Positions 38,201 to 48,346 of a stretch of 64,000 bases of DNA are shown here, piece after piece. Position 1 is the stretch's first letter; every line of letters starts with the position of its first letter. Under the pieces are notes generated by a model. That model searched no databases and was not told where the DNA came from. It saw only the letters and a program-made list of their open reading frames with translations. Source of the DNA: a virus; the IMG/VR virus record IMGVR_UViG_3300011113_000491, positions 59,466 to 123,465 of that record; one strand, written 5' to 3'. A program made the translations under genes and the position numbers.

Positions 38201-39391
38201 ATGAAGAAATTTAAGGAATTGTATAAAAAACTTTTAGAAGATTACACCGAAGGTGGATCGGTATTTAACGGATTTGCTGATGCTAATCCGAGAAGATCTG
38301 CCCATTTAGACTACGGAACTTCCCAAATGGGTCGGGGAGACAGCATTTCTAGAATTAATGCATTTATTCATAAATTTCTAATGGGTAACTACATTGATGT
38401 AAACGCACCAATCATAGAGCTAAGATCTAGACTAAATCATGCAGGTCTAGATTTTCCATTTGACGGGACAAGAATAAAATTAACTCCTGGTGTCAACACA
38501 TTTCCTTTAAAATTATATGGTGACGTTTTTGGACAAACACCAACAACAGACCTTTCAAAGGGATTTGATCGTGGTGACAATTTACCAAACATGGTAATGC
38601 AAATCGATTGTAAATACGATGAAGAATCGTGTATGTGGAATTTATCCGGTAAGATAAAACCCGGAACAGGTGCAACAAATACGGAAATAAATGAGAGCAT
38701 TGAAACTCTAAATGAAATTGCTCCACTTCTAGCCATGCTTGCTCCTCTTGCGGCCAAAGCATTACCTATGGTAGCAAAAGTAGGTACGATAGCAGCTAGA
38801 GTTGGATCTGTTGCTAACGCAGTTAGTGGTGCCGCCAGCACAATTCAGTCAATGACCAAACCACAATCTTCTGCTGCTGAACAAGAAGAAGCAATAGGTG
38901 AGTATGGAACAAAATCAAAAAAGTCAAAAGGAAAAATGTGTGAAGATGGAAACTGTGGTGAAAGAGACATGCCTGCTCCAGTAATAGGAGGAGACGGATC
39001 AAACTACAACATGGGAATAAATTTTGGTGGTGATCAAATGGTTGCCACAGGGGATCCACTTCGACAAATTCCAATGTTTGAACAGTCTCAGGAAAAAAAA
39101 GACAGAGCAAGAGCACTGATGCACTTCATAACAAGAAAAGGTGAAATCCGTAGTAGAGTTTTGATGCCAGTGTTCACGCATCTAAGTCAAAAGTCATCAA
39201 AGGGAAAACTAGGAACAGATTCAATAAAGAAAGAACTTTATTATGTTGTAAATTCTGCATCTAGAAAATCTGGAATTACATTGACAAAATCGGAAAAGGA
39301 CAGAGTTGTTAACGATCTTGTTAGAAATTTCAGAAAATACTTAAAGACAAAAAATTCTACCAAAACAACAAAGTCTAAAAAGATTAAATGA
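38201..39391 (+). CDS. Putative head-associated protein
   Basis: TATAAATA plus AGGAG SD; MKKFKELYKKLLE; LNE followed by an amphipathic helix. Confidence 0.7.
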   Translation: MKKFKELYKKLLEDYTEGGSVFNGFADANPRRSAHLDYGTSQMGRGDSISRINAFIHKFLMGNYIDVNAPIIELRSRLNHAGLDFPFDGTRIKLTPGVNTFPLKLYGDVFGQTPTTDLSKGFDRGDNLPNMVMQIDCKYDEESCMWNLSGKIKPGTGATNTEINESIETLNEIAPLLAMLAPLAAKALPMVAKVGTIAARVGSVANAVSGAASTIQSMTKPQSSAAEQEEAIGEYGTKSKKSKGKMCEDGNCGERDMPAPVIGGDGSNYNMGINFGGDQMVATGDPLRQIPMFEQSQEKKDRARALMHFITRKGEIRSRVLMPVFTHLSQKSSKGKLGTDSIKKELYYVVNSASRKSGITLTKSEKDRVVNDLVRNFRKYLKTKNSTKTTKSKKIK

Positions 39392-39765
39392 AATCTAGTA
39401 TATCTCCTGATACCTTTTTACTATATGCTAGCAAGATGTATAACAATCCATCTTGCATGGGTATCGAGGAATTTTACGAAGATTTAGATAAAATTAAGTA
39501 TGTTAAAAGACTTCTTATAAGATTCAAGAGAGGTGGAGAGTTAAAAGAAAGATTGATTTTAAATCATATCATAACTTTACAAAATCTATTTGGAGCAGAA
39601 GCAACGACTAGGATACTTTTTTACAAATTAAATAGAGAACTTCATCCTTACTTAAAATCATTTTTACATTACTTAAATTACCTTCCCCAAGAAATACCAG
39701 AAGTAAACTTAGAAAATATAATAACAGATCACAGAATAGATAAAATACTAAAAGATATAAAATGA
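39388..39765 (+). CDS. Conserved T4-like hypothetical protein
   Basis: YNNPSC..EFYEDL..KYVKRL..LKERLILNHII..NLFG. Confidence 0.75.
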   Translation: MKSSISPDTFLLYASKMYNNPSCMGIEEFYEDLDKIKYVKRLLIRFKRGGELKERLILNHIITLQNLFGAEATTRILFYKLNRELHPYLKSFLHYLNYLPQEIPEVNLENIITDHRIDKILKDIK

Positions 39766-41411
39766 AGGGAAAAATACAAAACCTAAACAAGTTAGTAAAT
39801 GCCTTCCCTCTTTATAAATTTATTAGGGCGATATCAACACCATTCAAGTCTATGGATGCATATAAAATGGGGTTAATTGATATTAAAGGTAATTTCATAA
39901 AAGATCCTGATGGTATGATATCAGAGTTCGATAAACTGGTAATAAGATTAAAGGCTCTAATAAACACTACTTGTAGTCCAAAAATAAAATCATACATGAA
40001 CTATTTTACAACTGCAATTGATTTACTAGCGGAGGAAACAGTAAATCTTTATGGAGGAGACAAAGAAATGCTTTCAGAACAAATAAAGAAGTATCTAAAA
40101 GAAACAGCAGAGTTTGAGCCAATCGGACACCTACAACACGCAGGAGAACTTCTTTATACTGGCGGTGGTCATCATGCAGTTGAGCACTTGAGAGCAACCC
40201 ACGAGGCATTAACAGGTAAAGGAAGAAAAGGACACAACCTCTCATACAAAGCAGATGGTACTATGTCACTCATCTTTGGAAAGTCTGGTGGTAGACCTTT
40301 TGTTCGTTATAAAGGTAAAGGAGCACAGACATTCTTCTCACCAGAAGAAGTACAAGAATATGCAGCAAGAGAAGGTAAACCACACTATGTTGCACCATTT
40401 ACTGCTGCACTTCAGGCAGCCGGGCACGAAAAAATAGATCCAGATGTTTCATATCAAGCAGATGCCATTCTTGACTCAGGAGAGGGAACTCTCAAAGGAA
40501 ATCTGATCCACTATAAACGCCCAAAGAAAACTACCAAAAGTATGTTAGCAGTTCATGGTAGATTTGATTCACGAACTGGCAAAAGATTAGAAGCAGTTCC
40601 TGACGTATCATTCTTAAATACATCAGAACAACATTTTCCAGTTCTCTCTCTTAAGAATGCACCAAAACTGGGTCTTAAGGAAAGAAGACTTATGAGAGGT
40701 CATATTTCTACAGCAGGCAAAAAGTTGAAGAGAAAAGATGTACAAGCACTTGTTTCTGAAATTGCCGCGCACACAGATCCATCTACGGTAAACAAAGCGG
40801 CAACTCGTGCCGGTCATATGACCATGTTCTCAAATGCCGTTCAAAGAGGTGAATACCAAAGAACAGTCCAAGGTTATAGAGACTTTACCACGGCAAGAAT
40901 ACAAAAAGCAGTAGAGGGTAAGAAGGGTTCTGAAGCAAGACGACTCCAAGGACACCTTGAAGCGTTCAAGGGTAGAGAAAAAAGCCTACAGCACCTATTC
41001 GATGCTCACAACTCAGTTGATGCAGCAAGAGATGTAATATTCGGACATTTAACTAGGACCGGACAATTACCAATGCAACCAGCAAGAGGTCACGGTCATG
41101 AGGGCTTCGTTTCTGAACTTCCCGGAATGGGCATGGTAAAGTTTGTTCCTACCACATTTACTGCCGCTAATGCAAAACAAAAGGGTAAGTTTGATAAGAA
41201 AAAGAAGAAAGTAAATGAGTTTATGGAAAAATACGGTCATTTACTTTTTGAAGACGGTATGGTTGCAAACTCTGTTGGGGCGGGTGGTATTCGTGGTATT
41301 GGCGTTGATACTTCTGGACAACCAGACCCAAGCGATGTCGTAGTTAAAAAACGGCATAAAATTCATAGAAGAAGATTTAACCCAGAAAATACTGGCCTCG
41401 AAACTTATTAA
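39762..41411 (+). CDS. Multidomain T4-like hypothetical protein
   Basis: AYKMGLID..GN N-domain; HLQH..KADG..HEGFV core; terminal EDGMVANSVGAGGI module. Confidence 0.7.
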   Translation: MKGKIQNLNKLVNAFPLYKFIRAISTPFKSMDAYKMGLIDIKGNFIKDPDGMISEFDKLVIRLKALINTTCSPKIKSYMNYFTTAIDLLAEETVNLYGGDKEMLSEQIKKYLKETAEFEPIGHLQHAGELLYTGGGHHAVEHLRATHEALTGKGRKGHNLSYKADGTMSLIFGKSGGRPFVRYKGKGAQTFFSPEEVQEYAAREGKPHYVAPFTAALQAAGHEKIDPDVSYQADAILDSGEGTLKGNLIHYKRPKKTTKSMLAVHGRFDSRTGKRLEAVPDVSFLNTSEQHFPVLSLKNAPKLGLKERRLMRGHISTAGKKLKRKDVQALVSEIAAHTDPSTVNKAATRAGHMTMFSNAVQRGEYQRTVQGYRDFTTARIQKAVEGKKGSEARRLQGHLEAFKGREKSLQHLFDAHNSVDAARDVIFGHLTRTGQLPMQPARGHGHEGFVSELPGMGMVKFVPTTFTAANAKQKGKFDKKKKKVNEFMEKYGHLLFEDGMVANSVGAGGIRGIGVDTSGQPDPSDVVVKKRHKIHRRRFNPENTGLETY

Positions 41412-41436
41412 TTCCTAAATATATTTGGAGGTTTTT

Positions 41437-41874
41437 ATGATTCCTACAGAATTAATTTCATTGGTGGGTGGAAGCTTAACTGGATTCGTGTTTAAGTACA
41501 TGGCCCAAAAGAGCCAAGACCAAAAAGAAATGTTTGAACGGTTAATCACCGCAAACAAACAAACAACCGAAAATCAAGATAAGGCAGCACTAAGAGTGCC
41601 GCTTGATATTGGAGCAAGTGTTCGTCAGTTGATTGTTCTAACAGTTCTGTTCGGAACCATCGCTGCTCCGTTTATTCTACCGTTCTTCGGTGTACCAACT
41701 TTTGTCGAAGTTGACACAGTATCACCAGAGGGAATGTTTGGACTAATTCCAGAGACATCCAAGAAGTTCTTTGTAGAAGTTAATGGATTCCTCTATACAT
41801 CAGAGAACAGGCAAATTCTTGTGTCCATTGTCGGATTCTACTTCGGTACTGCTGCCGCAGGGAGGAAGTCATGA
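41437..41874 (+). CDS. Multi-TM membrane protein, holin candidate
   Basis: GGAGG SD; hydrophobic segments; C-terminal IVGFYFG. Confidence 0.6.
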   Translation: MIPTELISLVGGSLTGFVFKYMAQKSQDQKEMFERLITANKQTTENQDKAALRVPLDIGASVRQLIVLTVLFGTIAAPFILPFFGVPTFVEVDTVSPEGMFGLIPETSKKFFVEVNGFLYTSENRQILVSIVGFYFGTAAAGRKS

Positions 41875-42212
41875 AAAAAGTATGGAAAATAGGTCTTGAT
41901 GTTTTATTCATCGTCGTCTGTATCATGATGATTATGTCATTCCTTTCTGGTTGTCAGTGTGTAGCACCAGAAATCATTCCAGATAATACTGGTGACTCTG
42001 TTATAATGATGGATATTAAATCCAAGATTGAACAAGGGAAAGAAATAGGCAAGGACAGTTCTTGGTTATGGTGGTATGCTCCCGTTCTCTTCCTCGTTGT
42101 TGCCTGGGGTATTAAAGAGTTCTTCCTCAAGAAAGAACCAGACGACTGTGACGAAGATGAGAGTAAGAAGGAAAAGAAAGAAGTACTCACCGAACAAAAC
42201 AAACCAGAGTGA
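41871..42212 (+). CDS. Lipoprotein with second TM segment (spanin candidate)
   Basis: Lipobox LSGC; WLWWYAPVLFLVVAWGI. Confidence 0.55.
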   Translation: MKKVWKIGLDVLFIVVCIMMIMSFLSGCQCVAPEIIPDNTGDSVIMMDIKSKIEQGKEIGKDSSWLWWYAPVLFLVVAWGIKEFFLKKEPDDCDEDESKKEKKEVLTEQNKPE

Positions 42213-42214
42213 GA

Positions 42215-42775
42215 TCACGCAGAATCCTTCATAGAATAGTACAGAATCTTGCAAATATAAAAAGCATCGACTATATCTGATACTGGATTTACTACTCCAG
42301 TTCTGTTCGGAGTCATTATGTCTTTTAATGCGATGAATGTATCTTTGACAAAGGACTCATACATTGCCTCTTTGTCAGCATTTCCTTTACCCGTTGCCAT
42401 CTTTTTAACATGTGATGGTTGAACTATTTCAACCGGGATAGAGTTTTGCCATAACTTGTACTTCAGAATACCAGTGTTCTCAGCAATGTGAAAAACCCTA
42501 CCCTGTGCATTATAAGCATAACCTTCAAGTGCAACCTGTTCGCACCCTGTACAAATTCGCATAACCCACTCTGAAATAGTGTCATATCTTTCGCAGTCCT
42601 GATCATACTCAGAGAAGTTCTCTCCGTATATGTTATTCAGAAACACCGTGGCATTCTTCTTAACATCAGTCAAGAAATAGAATGTACAATTCTTGAAGCA
42701 AAACTCTTTGTCAGTGTTTGCTACACATATTGCAGGCCCATTTAAACTATAATCAATACCAGCGATAATTCCCAT
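42215..42775 (-). CDS. RuvC-like nuclease
   Basis: IAGIDYSL, VALEGY, VKKMATGKGNADKEAM, DIVDAF. Confidence 0.8.
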   Translation of the reverse strand: MGIIAGIDYSLNGPAICVANTDKEFCFKNCTFYFLTDVKKNATVFLNNIYGENFSEYDQDCERYDTISEWVMRICTGCEQVALEGYAYNAQGRVFHIAENTGILKYKLWQNSIPVEIVQPSHVKKMATGKGNADKEAMYESFVKDTFIALKDIMTPNRTGVVNPVSDIVDAFYICKILYYSMKDSA

Positions 42776-42788
42776 ATAAATATTTATA
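42775..42788. promoter_or_regulatory. Back-to-back late promoters between two ATGs
   Basis: TATAAATA on plus (42775-42782) and minus (42781-42788), each 5 nt from an ATG. Confidence 0.8.
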
Positions 42789-43615
42789 TGAACGATATTG
42801 ATGTTTATATGTCTTGGTACAGCAAAACCCCACCAAGTCAAAATACAATAAATTTACATGAATTTAGTTTACATTATGTAAATAAACACTATAAAAATTG
42901 TACCTTAATAACTAATTCAATTTCAAAAAAATATTTTAGTCATTTGAATTTTACAAATATAACTACAGATTTAGATGAAATAGATCATATAGAAACTAAA
43001 GTGTGGGCGATAGGAAAAATATTTTCTTATAAAAGTATTTGTAAAAAAGAAAAACCATTTTTACATCTAGATTACGATGTGTTTTTAAAAAACAAAATAT
43101 CAAAAGATTTTTTACTCTCTCCAGTATTCGTTCAAAACGAAGAAAACTGTGTGTGGGAGCATGAAATAAACTGCACAGGATATAATTATAATCTTAAAAA
43201 TATATCAAACAAAATTAAAAATTATATTTCAAATCCATCTAAAAATGACAAAGCGTATAACATGGGGATATTTGGTGGTAAAAATTTAAAATTTATAAAT
43301 GAATACGCAGAAACATCTATTAAATTTATTCTAGATGAAAATAACAAAAAATTATTTGAATACTTACACGATATAAATCCTGCAAGTCCATCTTTGATTG
43401 TCGAGCAATACTTACTATGGAAACTAGCAAAAGATAACAAAATTCTTGTTAACTGTTACATAGGGGGAAATAACATTGATGAATTAAAACAAAATGGATT
43501 TAACATTGGATATGTTCATCTAATGGGTTCCAAAAACCAAAAAAAAATCATAAATTATATCGATACTGAATTATCAAAAATTAGAAAAAATGATAAACAT
43601 GAACCGCGCATATAA
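42788..43615 (+). CDS. Glycosyltransferase-like protein (DUF6734-like)
   Basis: WAIGKI..PFLHLDYDVFL, YNMGIFGG, IVEQ, YVHLMG; very AT-rich. Confidence 0.6.
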   Translation: MNDIDVYMSWYSKTPPSQNTINLHEFSLHYVNKHYKNCTLITNSISKKYFSHLNFTNITTDLDEIDHIETKVWAIGKIFSYKSICKKEKPFLHLDYDVFLKNKISKDFLLSPVFVQNEENCVWEHEINCTGYNYNLKNISNKIKNYISNPSKNDKAYNMGIFGGKNLKFINEYAETSIKFILDENNKKLFEYLHDINPASPSLIVEQYLLWKLAKDNKILVNCYIGGNNIDELKQNGFNIGYVHLMGSKNQKKIINYIDTELSKIRKNDKHEPRI

Positions 43616-43619
43616 ACGC

Positions 43620-43640
43620 AAAACCCCCCTTGCGGGGGGT
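43620..43640 (-). terminator. Terminator between convergent genes
   Basis: AAAACCCCCC-TTGC-GGGGG. Confidence 0.7.
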
Positions 43641-43665
43641 CGTGTGTTCGGTTAACCTACACTAA

Positions 43666-45591
43666 TTATTTAGTCAAATCAACAAGTTCACACTTGTCAC
43701 CGGAGCAGGCATATGTCTGAGTTCCGGCAGTGTTGTCTTCCTTTTCGTACTTGATCAAATCACCCCAGTTAACAACTGGCATCTTACTCAGGAGTGCTTC
43801 ATACTCTTCCTTGGTGCAATCCTGATATGGAGCCTGCTGATATGTGTGATCCGAATGTGGTAGGAATGAAATACCACTGACTTCATCGAAGTGCTTGTAA
43901 ACCCAAGCACCTACTTCCATCCATTCGTGTTCCTTTACGGTAACAGTAATTGATGGTTTATGTTCGCACCAGTGCTTCTGGTAAGTTAACCAGAGTTCTA
44001 GGTGTTCGATTGCAGTCATGTCGTTGCGTGTCACTGATCCTTCTGCCTTCATTGGGAAGGAGAAAACCATAGTATGCTCTGGACGCATGACACAAGGTTC
44101 AGCAGGGAATCCTGCATCGGTCATAAATTTGCAAAGTGGATCCTTAATATCTGCACGAACAGTACGAATAAAGTATTCGTTGTGACGAGCGTGGATACCG
44201 GATGCGGCATCTACAAGTTGTGAAACTGTACCTGATGGTTTCACACAAGTAATTGCTGCGGCAGGATTAATTCCAAGTTTCTTTGCCCATTCCTTGTTGG
44301 TAATTACGGCATCAGATCTTAGGCATTCTAGTAGAATCTCAAGATTTGGGTTCTTGCTACGCATGATTGCGTTATCAAGAATACCAGTAAGAGACACACC
44401 TAGAAGTGCTTCTTCCTCGCAGTTGTGCTTCCAGTCGCTAGAAAGATATGGGAAGTGAGTCATTGACGCTTGCCATGTTCCTAGAATGGTTGCCAACTGC
44501 ACCTTACGCTTCAGGGTTTCAGGAGTATCGTTTGGACGAACAACTACTTCTGAAAGATTACAGAACTCCTTGTCTCGTAGGATTATCTCTGAGCATGGAT
44601 TTGTTCCAAACTCTTTAGTATGATCTCTACGGTCACCTAGTTTAGCAACAGTCTTTTGAGCAGCATCACGGTTGAAGATACCGCGCTCTCCGCTCTTTGA
44701 CTTGTAAAGAGAAACCCACTCCTCCATGAAGGTTCCAATCTCTGGTTTCTCCTTGTATGCTACAGAGTTATTTGCTAGAGCTCGTTGCGGATTGTCAACC
44801 CACCACTGACCAGTCTTAGCGTCACGCATCCGTTCATCTGTGAGGTTGGATAGAGAGATAAGTGCTGATCTACGCACTCCTCCGACAACGACAATTTCAG
44901 CAATCTTGCAGATGATATCATGACATTCGATGGAAGTAAGTTTTCGTCCCGCAGCCTTTTTAAAAGTATTAATTGTGAAGTGGAACAGTTCATCCAAAGG
45001 TCTTGGGCCTGATGCTCGTCCACCGAAAGTCTTGAGGCGCGCACCAGCAGGACGAATCTTTGATAAGTCCCACTTCGGGATCTGTCCACCAATAAGAAGG
45101 GATACCAATTCTCGGTACGCTTTGGCCCATCCTTCTTTCGAATCTTTGACAACAATGACGGTATCGCTTTGAGTAAAGTGTTCAGAGATTGTAGGAAGTT
45201 TTTCAACATATTGTCTCTCCACGCTGAAACCTACACCAGTGCCGCACATCAGAATATATAGGATTTCGTCAAATGCACGAACCTTATTGACGGCAACATA
45301 TGAACAGTTGTACCCGGCAGTGTTGTCCCTTGCAAGTGCTTCTCCTGCGGTCATTAGTGCCCGCATTGAAGGCATGATCTCAAGATTTAGAACTGCTGTC
45401 TCAAGTTCATTTCGTAGTTCTGCCGGTAGTTTGTAACCATGCTTTTCCTTAAGATGATTTGCAAAGAAATTAAAGTAGCGGGATACGGTTTCTGCCCATG
45501 TCTCGCGTCTCTTTTCTTCTTCTAGCCAGCGTGAATAACGTGAAAGGTGTATAAACTCCTGATACGGAGTGGGTAACTTAATCTCATTCAT
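43666..45591 (-). CDS. nrdJ: Class II (B12-dependent) ribonucleotide reductase
   Basis: YNCSY, GTGVGFSVE, GGVRRSALI, TNPCSEI, TCVKPSGTVSQL, C-terminal ACSGDKC. Confidence 0.92.
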   Translation of the reverse strand: MNEIKLPTPYQEFIHLSRYSRWLEEEKRRETWAETVSRYFNFFANHLKEKHGYKLPAELRNELETAVLNLEIMPSMRALMTAGEALARDNTAGYNCSYVAVNKVRAFDEILYILMCGTGVGFSVERQYVEKLPTISEHFTQSDTVIVVKDSKEGWAKAYRELVSLLIGGQIPKWDLSKIRPAGARLKTFGGRASGPRPLDELFHFTINTFKKAAGRKLTSIECHDIICKIAEIVVVGGVRRSALISLSNLTDERMRDAKTGQWWVDNPQRALANNSVAYKEKPEIGTFMEEWVSLYKSKSGERGIFNRDAAQKTVAKLGDRRDHTKEFGTNPCSEIILRDKEFCNLSEVVVRPNDTPETLKRKVQLATILGTWQASMTHFPYLSSDWKHNCEEEALLGVSLTGILDNAIMRSKNPNLEILLECLRSDAVITNKEWAKKLGINPAAAITCVKPSGTVSQLVDAASGIHARHNEYFIRTVRADIKDPLCKFMTDAGFPAEPCVMRPEHTMVFSFPMKAEGSVTRNDMTAIEHLELWLTYQKHWCEHKPSITVTVKEHEWMEVGAWVYKHFDEVSGISFLPHSDHTYQQAPYQDCTKEEYEALLSKMPVVNWGDLIKYEKEDNTAGTQTYACSGDKCELVDLTK

Positions 45592-45633
45592 ATATTTCTC
45601 CTTTTTGGATTCCTCTATGGGTTGGTAAGGTAT

Positions 45634-46389
45634 TTAGGTGAGTTCTTCCCATGAAATTGGGAACAACGGTGCAATCATTTCCTTTATTGCCGCAGCATAT
45701 TCACGAATTTCCCATTGTGCATGGGGATCAGTTCGCTGCTTGCAGACTCTAGCATACGCTGCCAAAGAACCAGTCCACCACCACTCGGTGTAAGTCCCCT
45801 GTGGTAGTACAAACCGTGCTTGTTCTGGTGCAACTCCATTTTCAATGAGTCTATTATATACCTTCAAAGCCTCACTTGCAATAGTTTTATAAAATGAATC
45901 ACAAACTGTTAAAGTATCTTCGTTTGTTATAAAATCTTCAGAACCCTGCTTTGCGCCGTTAGATGGTTTTGACCGCCACTGTGGATTATAAATTTGTGGT
46001 TCATCCACAACATATCGGCGCGAAATTTCATTTTCAACAAATCCTTGTTTATGTTTAAAAAATTGTGTCCGTATTGAAATCGGCGCACGAATTCTTAGAG
46101 TGATTTGTGGATGAGCAAAAGGCGTCCAATGATTATGTTGTGCAAGGTACTTGATTAGTTTCTTGTCCTTTTCGCTGATCTTAAGTAGATCTTCTTCCCA
46201 GTAAAAAGAGTTAGTTGAGTCTAGACGATTCTTTGCTTCTTCGTCTATCTCCCAATCGCTCTGCTTGTTGAATGATACTCTTGCAGCATTTACGACCGTA
46301 AGATCATCACCCATGTGCGAAACATACTGTACAAATCCATGATCCAATACATTAATTCTTTTGTTTATTTGTTTTATACTCGTTTCCAT
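45634..46389 (-). CDS. thyX: Flavin-dependent thymidylate synthase
   Basis: VVNAARVS, HWTPF, NEISRRY, EQARFVLP, HAQWEIR. Confidence 0.93.
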   Translation of the reverse strand: METSIKQINKRINVLDHGFVQYVSHMGDDLTVVNAARVSFNKQSDWEIDEEAKNRLDSTNSFYWEEDLLKISEKDKKLIKYLAQHNHWTPFAHPQITLRIRAPISIRTQFFKHKQGFVENEISRRYVVDEPQIYNPQWRSKPSNGAKQGSEDFITNEDTLTVCDSFYKTIASEALKVYNRLIENGVAPEQARFVLPQGTYTEWWWTGSLAAYARVCKQRTDPHAQWEIREYAAAIKEMIAPLFPISWEELT

Positions 46390-47378
46390 GATGTAAATAC
46401 CAATTGTGCTTTCAGTCCTTCAAATACATTGCTCTCAAGAATATTGTTAACAAAATCAATACCGTTCTTGAGAACCATGTCATTTATATCTTTCTCTTTA
46501 CAATAATCTGGCCAAACACAAACCTTATGTCCAGATTCAATCAACTTCTTTTGAATCTCAACTGTGTCATAGTTTCTTGGTTCGTTATCCAAAACAAAGA
46601 CTGCTTCTGGAAAAATCTTTGACATATCAATAAAGGATCCAGTACCAAGACATGCTACACTGTTCTTGAGGAATGTGCTGTCGAGTGGACCTTCTACAAT
46701 GTAGATGGGTTCATCCTTCTTAAGTTTGTCAATACCAAACATCAGTTTTGTGTTTTCCTTTTTGATGGTAAGATACTTTGGTGCATTTTTCTTACAGGTT
46801 ATACATCTACCCTGCGCTCCAACTACCTCGCCTTTCTCGTCACGGATCAGTATAATGATTCGTGGTTCCTCTTTTGCATTATAACTTTCGTCAAATTGTT
46901 TTGCGAAGAGTGAGAAGTTATCAGTATACCCCATATCACCCCATCTGTCTTCAGGAATCTTTCTAGATTGCAGAAACTCCATGCATTCTTTTGATGATTT
47001 GGCTGGGGTAAAATGATCTACTTTTTTAGCAAATACAGGGGTAGAATCATATGGATATAGTTTCTCTTGAGTTGGTTTCTTGTAATTTGCTTTTCCATCC
47101 TCACCGGCAATAAATCGCTCAAGAGCATACTGCTTACAGAGATATGGTGAAACTTTCTCTAGAAAATTATAAAGATTACAACCAACCCCGCAGTTATGAC
47201 AACGATAAAAGAAATCACTGCCTTTTTGATAAAAGAATCCTCTGGCAACAGTCTTTCTCTTGGTAGAATCCCCACAGATAGGACATCTGCAATTTGCAAG
47301 ATTATCTTTCTTCCACTTGAATCTCTTCAATAGTGGGGAAACCATACCAATGTATTTCTTATCAATGTAGGTTGACAT
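46374..47378 (-). CDS. DNA primase (T4 gp61-like)
   Basis: CPICGDS..CHNC zinc finger, VEGPLDS, DNEPRN, KDINDM. Confidence 0.92.
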   Translation of the reverse strand: MSTYIDKKYIGMVSPLLKRFKWKKDNLANCRCPICGDSTKRKTVARGFFYQKGSDFFYRCHNCGVGCNLYNFLEKVSPYLCKQYALERFIAGEDGKANYKKPTQEKLYPYDSTPVFAKKVDHFTPAKSSKECMEFLQSRKIPEDRWGDMGYTDNFSLFAKQFDESYNAKEEPRIIILIRDEKGEVVGAQGRCITCKKNAPKYLTIKKENTKLMFGIDKLKKDEPIYIVEGPLDSTFLKNSVACLGTGSFIDMSKIFPEAVFVLDNEPRNYDTVEIQKKLIESGHKVCVWPDYCKEKDINDMVLKNGIDFVNNILESNVFEGLKAQLVFTSWKRV

Positions 47379-48345
47379 TTTGCATCCAGTAATCAACCAT
47401 CTCTGACATCATGTCTTCGAAAGTGATTGTTGGCTCCCATCCCATTTCTCTCTTTGCCTTGCTAGCATCACCACGAAGGTAATGAAGTTCTTCTGGTCGC
47501 TCGTACTTCTTGTCAGTCTTTACATACTGCCGATAATCCATACCGAGATATTCGAAGACATATTCAACCATGTCTTCTACTGAGTATGAATGGCCAGTAG
47601 CAAGAACATAATCGTCTGGGTATGGCATCTGAAGCATGTTCCACATACCACGAACATAATCCTTGGCATGTCCCCAGTCTCTCTTGGCTCTTAGATTACC
47701 AAGAACCAGGGTCTTCTCCATTCCGAGCTTGATCTTTGCTGCTTGGAGTGCTACCTTGTTCGTCACGAAATTAATACCTCTGCGAGGAGATTCGTGATTG
47801 AACAAAATTCCTGAGCAAATAAACATACCATATGCGTTTCTGTAGTTGTGACATAGGTTGTGGGCGTAGAGCTTGGCACAACCGTATGGGCTTACAGGAG
47901 ACATATGAGTTGTTTCTCTCTGGTACTTGTCATCATCACATGAATTACCGAACATCTCAGAAGTAGCCGCATGATACACCTTTGAGTGGGGTGAGAATCT
48001 ACGAACAGCCTCAAGGACTGCAAGAGTACCACCACCGTTTACATCAAGGGTATACTTTGGAAGATCGAATGAAACTTGAACATGAGACTGTGCGGCAAGA
48101 TGATAAACTTCATTTGGTTGCAGCTTCTGAATGTTTGTTTCAATGCTGATCGGATCGGTCAAGTCTGCATAGTGCAGTTTAATTTTCTCATCCACCCATA
48201 GTTTATTGATGCGCGTTGTTTGTGACTCTGGGACAGAGTTTCTACGAATAGTCCCATGAACCTCATATCCCTTCTCAACAAGTAGTTCTGCAAGATATGA
48301 TGCATCCTGGCCATTGGCCCCGATAATTAGTGCTATCTTTGACAT
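47362..48345 (-). CDS. gmd: GDP-mannose 4,6-dehydratase
   Basis: GANGQDASYL, LAAQSHV, PYGCAK, LFNHESPRRG, RDWGHAKDY. Confidence 0.92.
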   Translation of the reverse strand: MSKIALIIGANGQDASYLAELLVEKGYEVHGTIRRNSVPESQTTRINKLWVDEKIKLHYADLTDPISIETNIQKLQPNEVYHLAAQSHVQVSFDLPKYTLDVNGGGTLAVLEAVRRFSPHSKVYHAATSEMFGNSCDDDKYQRETTHMSPVSPYGCAKLYAHNLCHNYRNAYGMFICSGILFNHESPRRGINFVTNKVALQAAKIKLGMEKTLVLGNLRAKRDWGHAKDYVRGMWNMLQMPYPDDYVLATGHSYSVEDMVEYVFEYLGMDYRQYVKTDKKYERPEELHYLRGDASKAKREMGWEPTITFEDMMSEMVDYWMQNVNLH

Positions 48346-48346
48346 G

